NCBI GenBank assembly: GCA_965217585.1
Contig: OZ244561.1
Span: forward strand, 3,104,001-3,168,000
Direction: 5' to 3'
From: Candidatus Latescibacterota bacterium
GTDB taxonomy: Bacteria > Latescibacterota > UBA2968 > UBA8231
Length of the DNA stretch: 64,000 nt
Part shown: positions 21,108 through 28,260 of the stretch, in pieces
Numbering within the stretch: the first letter of the stretch is position 1
Layout: every line of letters starts with the position of its first letter
Program-made: the position numbers and the translations under genes
The notes under the pieces: model-generated
Told to the model about the DNA's origin: nothing
The model's input: the letters and a program-made list of their open reading frames with translations, nothing else
Databases searched by the model: none

Positions 21108-22166
21108 TCATACCGTTGGGGAAGTGCCCCTTCGCCATTCTAAGAAGCTGCCTATAACTATCCCCAAAACCGTCCCAATCCCCACTCCCATTACAAAACC
21201 TTTTACGGTCCCGCCTTCTACGAGAATAAGAACGCCGAATAATAGACCTAGAGCTAGACCTACCCATAGACCCACGCTGGCAAGATTGTGGGCACTCGCC
21301 GCATAGTTCCGTATTTCAGTTCTTTCCTCGGCAGGGTCTTCTTTATACACCGCAAAATTTATGTTGTCTATGCGCAGGGCCCGCAAGCAGACCACGGCTA
21401 TTAACTGAAAATACAGACTCATCGCCGTAGGCTGGAGATCGCGCAGATCCAGACTGGCTAGGACCACTTCTATTGCTATAAACGTCGTCGCCGCAATACT
21501 CATAAAAACCATCTGTTGCACGACGAGTTCTATCTGCCTTTTGCGATCTTCATAGGCCTGGTACGGGTCCAGTCTTTTCCCATACATGTTCCAGGCCACT
21601 ATTGCCGCAAAAAAGACATTACCCGCGGTCACTCCGACGATATTCCAATATCCGCCAAACCAGGGGAAGTCGAATTGTCGGATATAGAGAATGAGCGCTA
21701 TAAAGGCGAAATACACGAGTAGCGCTAGGCCGATCATTGTAGGTGAAATAAAATCACACAAACGGCGGGGTTGCAGCTCGGCCTTGCGAGTGGTGCGCGA
21801 ATCGGCTTTTCTCATCAGCCTATAATATTTGAAAGCCCTCACTTCCAGGAGCATCATAGGGAAAAACTGGACCATAAAATACGGAAATACGAAATTGCCT
21901 ATGTCCCATTCACCACTACGCGAATCGCCTAAGAGTACCGCCAGCAACGACAAGCCAACTAGCAGTACACCCACGTTTAAATTTCGGTAATTGCGCCGCG
22001 CTTTCTCGTAATATTCGATCGGTTCTGGGTAGAGCCGGGGATATTGCGATGGTGGGTACGTTGCGAGCACGTAACTTATCCGCTTGAGCATTTTTCTAGG
22101 AAAATAAAAAGAAATAAGAAGAATCTGACTCAGAAATACGGCGTAAAATAAGATATTGTCTGGCAT
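21108..22166 (-). CDS. Multi-pass membrane protein co-transcribed with the GntR regulator
   Basis: 352 aa with many TM segments and a Gly-rich C-terminal hairpin; GAGGAG RBS; visibly lower GC. Confidence 0.85.
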   Translation of the reverse strand: MPDNILFYAVFLSQILLISFYFPRKMLKRISYVLATYPPSQYPRLYPEPIEYYEKARRNYRNLNVGVLLVGLSLLAVLLGDSRSGEWDIGNFVFPYFMVQFFPMMLLEVRAFKYYRLMRKADSRTTRKAELQPRRLCDFISPTMIGLALLVYFAFIALILYIRQFDFPWFGGYWNIVGVTAGNVFFAAIVAWNMYGKRLDPYQAYEDRKRQIELVVQQMVFMSIAATTFIAIEVVLASLDLRDLQPTAMSLYFQLIAVVCLRALRIDNINFAVYKEDPAEERTEIRNYAASAHNLASVGLWVGLALGLLFGVLILVEGGTVKGFVMGVGIGTVLGIVIGSFLEWRRGTSPTV

Positions 22167-22176
22167 CGCTAGCTCC

Positions 22177-22557
22177 TCATAGGTCTCGGTTATTCAGGAC
22201 ATTCCCGAATGCAATCCGGATTTCGGAATCCGTTACGCCGGATCCTCTTAATGTCTTGATTGTTTCGCTTAATGTGGACGTCACCCATGCGTTTAAATCG
22301 ACAGCACTATTGGCCTTGGCGTCCGGGTGGATGAACGTACCGCGATAGCCTTTGGTTTCAATGACCGCATCGCGTTCCAAGAGCCGATAAGCCTTGGCCA
22401 CCGTGTTGTGGTTCAGGCCCATGTCGTTTGCAAGTTGCCGAATGGAAGGCAAGGTAGCTCCTGAGCTAAGCTCGCCGCTGAGAACGGCCTTTTTGATTTG
22501 ATCGATCAATTGAGCAAACACCGGTACTGAATCGCTGGTGTCGATGACTATTTCCAT
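22177..22557 (-). CDS. GntR family (YtrA subfamily) transcriptional regulator
   Basis: PVFAQLIDQIK, LPSIRQLA, NHNTVAKAYRLLE, GYRGTFI; short C-terminal domain. Confidence 0.93.
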   Translation of the reverse strand: MEIVIDTSDSVPVFAQLIDQIKKAVLSGELSSGATLPSIRQLANDMGLNHNTVAKAYRLLERDAVIETKGYRGTFIHPDAKANSAVDLNAWVTSTLSETIKTLRGSGVTDSEIRIAFGNVLNNRDL

Positions 22558-22574
22558 AAATATGATCCTTATAT

Positions 22575-22598
22575 TGTACTACTTGAACTAATAATACA
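22575..22598. promoter_or_regulatory. Probable GntR/YtrA operator
   Basis: Imperfect inverted repeat TGTACTA-N10-TAATACA, 18 bp upstream of the gntR start in AT-rich DNA. Confidence 0.6.
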
Positions 22599-22680
22599 TA
22601 TATTGCATATAAAGTGCAAATAAAAAATGATATTTTTCAAAAATTGCAGGAGAATGGGGTAGAGTATGGGCTCAAAAGAC

Positions 22681-22715
22681 AAGCGGCGCGGCTCCCGATT
22701 AGAGCCGCGCCGCTT
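22681..22715. terminator. Hairpin, probable terminator of the lysS-DUF72 transcript
   Basis: Perfect 14-bp stem aagcggcgcggctc-N7-gagccgcgccgctt. Confidence 0.65.
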
Positions 22716-22782
22716 CACCTATATGTTCGCACATTTACATTAACCGTGCATAGCCCGTTCCATCCTCGCTAACTCATCTTAT

Positions 22783-22826
22783 GGCTAGCTCGCCGTCCGC
22801 GACAAATCCGGTCTCGGCGTCGAAGT
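22783..22826 (+). repeat. 44-bp direct repeat, copy 2 (intergenic)
   Basis: ggctagctcgccgtccgcgacaaatccggtctcggcgtcgaagt; matches 20219-20262 with 2 mismatches. Confidence 0.9.
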
Positions 22827-22832
22827 TGTTGC

Positions 22833-23768
22833 TCACGTCTTCCATGCCTGAGCAAAAATGCCGAGTGAACCGGGCGCGTATCCGGCGTAGTGGTTGTTGA
22901 AAAATACGTACACGGGCCGCTCCGGTGCGGCCTCCGACAGTTCCTGCACCTGTTGTGCCCAGTGCTGGGTCTCGGCGGCACGGTCCCAGACGAGGCGGTC
23001 CCAATGCCGCTCCTGCTCGCCGCGGCGAATCCGCTCCTCGACGCAGGCGTCCATCTTTTTGCGGTCGCCCAAAAAGCGCACGTAGAGAAAGTCGGCCGTT
23101 GCTGGATTGACGCGCTTGGCGGTGTCTGCTAAGCTCGGCATGGTGTAGTAGTTGTTCAGCACTAGCGCCACTCCGTGTTCGCGCAGCAAGTCCAGGAGTT
23201 CCGCCCGCAGCCAGCTCCCGTTGCGCACCTCTACCGCAAAGTGGAACTCGCCCGTAGGTAGCTGCGGCAAAAATTCCGCTAGGCGCTCGGTGAACGCGCT
23301 GCCGTACTCGTTTTCGTGCGCGTCCTGTCCCCGCGCAATGTATGGAAACTGCATCAGCAGCGGCCCCAACCGCTCGCCGAGTGGGGCCATCGCGTCGAGG
23401 AAGGATTCCATTTCCCCCATGCAGTCCATGAGCATTTTCTCGTGGCTGATCACGCGGGGAATTTTGGCGGTAAAGCGAAAGTGTGGCGGCGTCCGCCGCA
23501 GCCATCCTTCGATCGCCTTGGGCGTCGGCACTCGATACCAAGTCGAGTCGATCTCCACACTCCTAAACACTTTAGCATAGTGCTCGATGTAATCGGCCGC
23601 GGCGCAGCCCTCTGGATAGATCAACCCTTCCCAATCCTCATTCGACCAACTCGTCGTCCCTAAAAAGAGCTGCGCGGGCAGCCCTTCTTGCACCTGCTGC
23701 ATCCGCTCGACGTGCCGAGGCTTGGCCGGCGGCATGATCTCGGAAAAAAGGTCCTGTTGCTCTTCCAC
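22833..23768 (-). CDS. DUF72 (YecE/YunF) family TIM-barrel protein
   Basis: LGTTSW, VEIDSTWY, FTAKIPRVISH, LGPLLMQFP, AVEVRN.SW, YVRFLG, YVFFNNHYAG. Confidence 0.92.
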   Translation of the reverse strand: MEEQQDLFSEIMPPAKPRHVERMQQVQEGLPAQLFLGTTSWSNEDWEGLIYPEGCAAADYIEHYAKVFRSVEIDSTWYRVPTPKAIEGWLRRTPPHFRFTAKIPRVISHEKMLMDCMGEMESFLDAMAPLGERLGPLLMQFPYIARGQDAHENEYGSAFTERLAEFLPQLPTGEFHFAVEVRNGSWLRAELLDLLREHGVALVLNNYYTMPSLADTAKRVNPATADFLYVRFLGDRKKMDACVEERIRRGEQERHWDRLVWDRAAETQHWAQQVQELSEAAPERPVYVFFNNHYAGYAPGSLGIFAQAWKT

Positions 23769-23780
23769 GGTTCACTCCAT

Positions 23781-23812
23781 AAAAAAGAGGGCGCGGCATC
23801 TACCGCACCCTC
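23781..23812 (-). terminator. Intrinsic terminator after lysS
   Basis: Minus strand gagggtgcgg-tagatg-ccgcgccctc followed by TTTTTT. Confidence 0.7.
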
Positions 23813-23839
23813 GCAATTCCGGCGAATATCCTGTATGCG

Positions 23840-25414
23840 CTACGCTTTCTCCCGCACCATCTTCACCACCTGCTCCTTCCCCACTAGCTGCACAAGCGAC
23901 CCAAATCGCGGCCCTTGCTCCTGCCCCAGCACCACCTCGTAAAACGTCCGAAACAGTGCCTTGGGGGGGACTCCGGCCTCGCGGGCCAAGTCGAACGGAA
24001 TGGCCTGCAACTCCTCCTCGGTGGCCCCATTAGTCGCGTTCAGCCGCTCGGCCAACTGCCCTAGGATTGCCCGCTCCTCGTCCGTGGGTGGACGAAAATG
24101 CTTGTTGGGAAGCACCACGTCTCGGTAGTAGTTAAGCCCCTTCTCCACCAGCGCCTGCGTTACTTGCGGATAAGTAGAAGCCTGTGCGTCGTAGCGCGCC
24201 AGATAGTCACCCAATACCTCGACCGAATCCACTCCCAAGGACGCGATCAGATTGTTGACTGTCGAGAAGTTGACCTGGGACTCGTATTTGGGTACGTCCT
24301 TGCCGCAGTCGCCGATATGCCACACGGCCTGCTCGGGCTGCTTCTCCGTTGCCATTTCGGGATAGCGCCGCAGCGCATCGAGATAGTCATCAACGCACTT
24401 GGGGACGATATCCCAGTGCAGACGCTTGGCCCGCTTGGGATTTTGGAACAAGAAAAAGAGCAGGGATTCTATCGGCGCGTACGCCTTCCACATATCTACT
24501 GTCACCCCCATGCGGCCGGCGCTGCTCGCCAATCCCCGCCCTTCCTCGTCGAGAAAAAACTCGTAGCACAAGCCGACCGGCTGCTGCTTGCCCATCAGGC
24601 GCACGATGCGGGAGGACTGGCGAACCGAGTCGACGAGGTCTTTGCCGTACATTTCATAATCGACCTCGTAGGCGTACCAGCGCAGCGCCCAATCGACTTT
24701 CCAGCCCACCTTGGCGTTGCCGCCGAGCACCGACTGCTCGCCGTTCTCGCCACACCCGGTGTAGGGGCCGGTATCGAGGTCGCAAGTAAAGCTCACGCTG
24801 CCCCGGCTGGGATGGTAGGCGGTGACGCGCGTGGCCATGATCGAGCCACAGTTGGAACAAATCGGGAAGAAGGGCGACCAGTGCTGGCGGTTTTGTTCCC
24901 GCAGCGTGGGTACAATGATCTGGCGGACTTCCTCGGCTTTATCTAGGAGAACCGAAAGTCCTTCGTCGAAGTCACCGCGCACGTAGGCTTCGCGCGAGCT
25001 TTGGAACTCGTAGTCGAAGCCGGAGGCATCGAAAAACTCGCACAGCTTGGCGTTCATGTGGTCGCTGAAACTCGCACAGCAACCAAAGGGATCTGGGACG
25101 GCGTGTAGGGGTTTGCCGAGGTGAGCGGTGAGCATGTCGGGCTGCGGCAAGTTGCCAGGCACCTTGCGCAGCCCATCCATGTCGTCGCTGAAGCAGAGTA
25201 GGCGGGTCTTTAGCCCGTAGAGGTATTCGCAGGCGTTGCGCACCCAAGAGGTGCGGACGCCTTCTGAAAAGTGCCCCAGATGGGGGAAGCCGCTAGGGCC
25301 AAAGCCGGTCTCGAATAGTACCGGGCGATTACTGTCGGGCCGGCGCCGCTTGGCGATCTGCTCCGCCTCTTGGAAGGGCCAAGCCCGATGCGTACTGGTC
25401 TGGTTCCTCTCCAT
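23840..25414 (-). CDS. lysS: Class I lysine--tRNA ligase (divergent motifs)
   Basis: AWPFQEA, ETGFGPSGFPHLGH (HIGH), SDDMDGLRKVP, WKVDWALRW, DYEMYGKDL, GPRFGS anticodon domain. Confidence 0.88.
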   Translation of the reverse strand: MERNQTSTHRAWPFQEAEQIAKRRRPDSNRPVLFETGFGPSGFPHLGHFSEGVRTSWVRNACEYLYGLKTRLLCFSDDMDGLRKVPGNLPQPDMLTAHLGKPLHAVPDPFGCCASFSDHMNAKLCEFFDASGFDYEFQSSREAYVRGDFDEGLSVLLDKAEEVRQIIVPTLREQNRQHWSPFFPICSNCGSIMATRVTAYHPSRGSVSFTCDLDTGPYTGCGENGEQSVLGGNAKVGWKVDWALRWYAYEVDYEMYGKDLVDSVRQSSRIVRLMGKQQPVGLCYEFFLDEEGRGLASSAGRMGVTVDMWKAYAPIESLLFFLFQNPKRAKRLHWDIVPKCVDDYLDALRRYPEMATEKQPEQAVWHIGDCGKDVPKYESQVNFSTVNNLIASLGVDSVEVLGDYLARYDAQASTYPQVTQALVEKGLNYYRDVVLPNKHFRPPTDEERAILGQLAERLNATNGATEEELQAIPFDLAREAGVPPKALFRTFYEVVLGQEQGPRFGSLVQLVGKEQVVKMVREKA

Positions 25415-25471
25415 GTAACTTCGTCAGGTGTGAGGCTAGTAGAGACGGCGCTTGGGTGGTCTTGCGGCGTC

Positions 25472-25690
25472 TCAGCGGTTGCGGAAAGTGATGCGTCCGC
25501 GGCTCAAGTCGTAGGGCGAAAGGGCCACGGTGACTTGGTCGCCCGGAAGTACGCGAATGTAGTACTTGCGCATCTTGCCGGAGACATGGGCCATAATCTC
25601 GTGGCTATTCTCCATTTCGCACTTGAAGTAGCCGTTGGGCAGGGCCTCTTTGACCACTGCTTGGACTTCGATCGCTTCTTCTTTGGCCAT
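25472..25690 (-). CDS. infA: Translation initiation factor IF-1
   Basis: MAKEEAIEV...ALPN...[34 protein letters not shown]. Confidence 0.98.
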   Translation of the reverse strand: MAKEEAIEVQAVVKEALPNGYFKCEMENSHEIMAHVSGKMRKYYIRVLPGDQVTVALSPYDLSRGRITFRNR

Positions 25691-25808
25691 TGCTCTCGCC
25701 TAAAAAGGATAGAATGATAGCGGCGTTTTTCGCGCCACGGAAAAAGCCGCCGCTAAAGCGGCTCGCAAAAAGCGCAAAGTGTACGCGTTAGACGAGCAAA
25801 AGTCAAAC

Positions 25809-26744
25809 TCACTCGATCAGGTAATTCACGTTGTACGAGGCGTGTTTGACCGCTTCGATCGTCGCTAGATGCGGAGCTAGTTGCTGGACCTTGCCGTAGT
25901 ATTGGATCGCTTCCGCAAATCGCTCGGTCTTTTCGCAGATCGCGCCGAGGTTGTGCAGGGCTGGGATGTGATCGCCGGTCAGCGCGATGACCTGCTTGAA
26001 GGCCGCTTCGGCCCCGGCGAGATCGCCGCTGTCGAGGTGGGCAAGGCCCTTGGCGAAGAACATGCTCTCGTTGTCTTGCTCGTACTGGACGGCCTTGTCC
26101 AGCACGGCGAGTGCCAACTCGGGCTGTTGGGCTTGCAGCCGCAAGACCCCGAGGCTGTAGTAAGCGCGGGCCAGCGCGCGGCGCGCACCGCGATACTTGA
26201 AATCGACCTGCAACAAGGTCTCTAGGTGTTCGATGGACTTTTTGAAGTCGCCGACCTTGTGGTACGCCACGGCCATGTTGAAGCGGGCGCCGACGTGGTC
26301 GGGCTGGATCGCGATGACTTTTTCGAGGTATTCGAGGCCCTCGGCCTGCCGCTCGGTGCGGCAGAGCAAGGTCCCCAGCCCGGCCATGGCTTCGACCATC
26401 AGCGAATCCAGCCGCAGGGCTTCTTCGTAGTGGTGCTTGGCCTCGCGGTCGTATCCCTGGCCGTGGAGCATGACCGCGAGGTTGCAATGTGCCTCGGCGT
26501 AGTTGGGGTCGAGTTGCAATGCCTCGCGCAGCAGCCTTTTGGCCTCGTACTTTTGCCCGTCGTCAAAGTAGGCGTTGGCGAGGAGGACGCGCAGCTGCGG
26601 GTTGTAGGGTTCGATGGTGACCTTGGCGTTGAGGTAGCGGATCTTCTCTTTGGCCCAGAGGTTGTACCCCCGCTTGTCTTGGAGCTGGGCCTGGCCCTCG
26701 CTGCACAGCAAGGCCAGCAATAGAAACGCGAGTGAGGCCCTCAT
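25809..26744 (-). CDS. Exported tetratricopeptide repeat protein
   Basis: Signal peptide and repeated TPR units (AEAHCNLA, ARFNMAVAY, ALHNLGAI). Confidence 0.9.
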   Translation of the reverse strand: MRASLAFLLLALLCSEGQAQLQDKRGYNLWAKEKIRYLNAKVTIEPYNPQLRVLLANAYFDDGQKYEAKRLLREALQLDPNYAEAHCNLAVMLHGQGYDREAKHHYEEALRLDSLMVEAMAGLGTLLCRTERQAEGLEYLEKVIAIQPDHVGARFNMAVAYHKVGDFKKSIEHLETLLQVDFKYRGARRALARAYYSLGVLRLQAQQPELALAVLDKAVQYEQDNESMFFAKGLAHLDSGDLAGAEAAFKQVIALTGDHIPALHNLGAICEKTERFAEAIQYYGKVQQLAPHLATIEAVKHASYNVNYLIE

Positions 26745-28030
26745 GGTTGGAACTTCTGAATCCGATCATTGAACGTATCAGCCACATAAATGAACCCCTC
26801 GGCGTCGCGGGCGATGCCGCCGGCCGCCACCTCGCGCTCGCCCTCTTTGCCAGTGGCCATATCGACGACGACTTGGATGCGGCCTGTGAAGCGGAACTGA
26901 TCGTCCCCCTCGCCCTCCTCGCCCCAGCGCGTCAGGTAGTGCCCCCGATGGAACACCTCGATGCGGCTGTGGCCGGCGTTGATCACAAAAACCCGGTCGG
27001 CCGCTTCATCGACGGCAAAGTCGGTGGGCCGCAGCAAAAGCCCGTTGCCACGGTCCTGATTCGATTTGGGATCGCGGCCGATGACGCGGCTGGCCGCGGC
27101 GCGCTGCGGGTCGTCGTACACGACTAGCCGAGGTGCCTGCCAATCGCCGGCGCGTAGGGCCAACGGCTCGATCAGCGCGGCGAAACGCCCTTGCCAAAGC
27201 CGCAGACTGGCCACCAGCAGGGCCGGTATGGCGTACTGGACTTGCTGCTCGCCGGCTCGGTCGAATAGCTGCAATTGGCTGATGCTCTCGATGTAGATGG
27301 CATCGCCGTCGATGACGATGTGGCGGGCGAACAGCCCAGCTAGTGGACGCGTCCACAGCAGCCGACCATCCGGGGCGAATTTCGCCCAAAAGGCCTCTGG
27401 CTTCTGGCTCGGGCGGTGCAAGTTGTACACCACGTAGAGGTGGTCGGCGTCGTCGAGGGCCAGCGCCGGCCCGTCCAGCGCGCTCGTTTCCAGACAGGCC
27501 AGTGGCTCAGTGGTATAAACCCATCCGCCCAAGGCGCGGCCCGCGCGGTCGAAGCGCTCGACGCGCCCCTCACCCGCGCCGACGACAAAGATCGTGCCGT
27601 TGCGGCTGATGGCCAGCCGCGTGGGGGTCGTGCCCTCGGCCAGTGCCCAGCTTGCGACGCGGCGGTGGAACCCCCCCGCGGCTGTCGTGCTGACCAGCTC
27701 GTGTACGCTCTCGTCCTCGCCGAAGAAGCTGACGACCCGGTAGCTGTAATGCGTGTTGGCCAACAGGCCGGTGTCTGTAAAGGTGGTGTCGGCCGTGGAT
27801 TCCACGCGCACTATGGCTGCGAACTCGCCCCCTACGGCGCGCTGGATTTCACCGTAGAGAAAGCCCGCTGAAGACACCGGGTGCCAGACCAGATGCGCGG
27901 CGGCCTCCTCGCTGGAGAAGGTCGCTGTGAGCACGGGGGAGGGCGCAAGATAGGGCGGAACCTTCTTGCCGGCGAAGGGACCGACGCAGGCGACGAGTGC
28001 TGCGACGAGGAAAAAGACGAGTCGGTTCAT
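26741..28030 (-). CDS. Lipoprotein with a fibronectin-III-like domain and NHL beta-propeller repeats
   Basis: MNRLVFFLVAALVAC lipobox; FTDTGLLANTHYSYRVVS (Fn3); GFIYVADTFNDRIQKF (NHL). Start moved to 28030. Confidence 0.82.
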   Translation of the reverse strand: MNRLVFFLVAALVACVGPFAGKKVPPYLAPSPVLTATFSSEEAAAHLVWHPVSSAGFLYGEIQRAVGGEFAAIVRVESTADTTFTDTGLLANTHYSYRVVSFFGEDESVHELVSTTAAGGFHRRVASWALAEGTTPTRLAISRNGTIFVVGAGEGRVERFDRAGRALGGWVYTTEPLACLETSALDGPALALDDADHLYVVYNLHRPSQKPEAFWAKFAPDGRLLWTRPLAGLFARHIVIDGDAIYIESISQLQLFDRAGEQQVQYAIPALLVASLRLWQGRFAALIEPLALRAGDWQAPRLVVYDDPQRAAASRVIGRDPKSNQDRGNGLLLRPTDFAVDEAADRVFVINAGHSRIEVFHRGHYLTRWGEEGEGDDQFRFTGRIQVVVDMATGKEGEREVAAGGIARDAEGFIYVADTFNDRIQKFQP

Positions 28031-28062
28031 AGGGCAAAAGAGATAGGCCCGCCCTCCCGCAA

Positions 28063-28160
28063 TGTCAAGGAATATGGGATCACCCCAGAATAAAGACGCA
28101 AGAGTTGACGCTGGTAGTTCCACTCGTACAGGGCTGTCAAGGAATATGGGATCACCCCAG
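28063..28160. repeat. Two perfect 26-bp direct repeats (28063-28088 and 28135-28160) carrying a minus-strand TTGACA
   Basis: tgtcaaggaatatgggatcaccccag twice, 72 bp apart. Confidence 0.9.
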
Positions 28161-28257
28161 TAATGAAGACGGCGTTGCCGATCTTGCCGGTGAAGTAGTC
28201 GATGACCAGCCACAGCCCGTTGCACAGGGCCTCGCCCATAATCAGGCCCATGAAGAC
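28152..28257 (-). pseudogene. C-terminal remnant of a membrane protein gene
   Basis: Minus strand reads VFMGLIMGEALCNGLWLVIDYFTGKIGNAVFI(LG*), a TM-protein tail with no upstream body; directly abuts the stop of the 28261 gene. Confidence 0.5.
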
Positions 28258-28260
28258 TAT

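Noticed and set aside
28063-28160. Two 26-bp repeats with a 46-bp spacer as a mini-CRISPR
   Set aside because: Only two units, not palindromic, no cas genes; the repeat is explained as a gene end plus -35 box.
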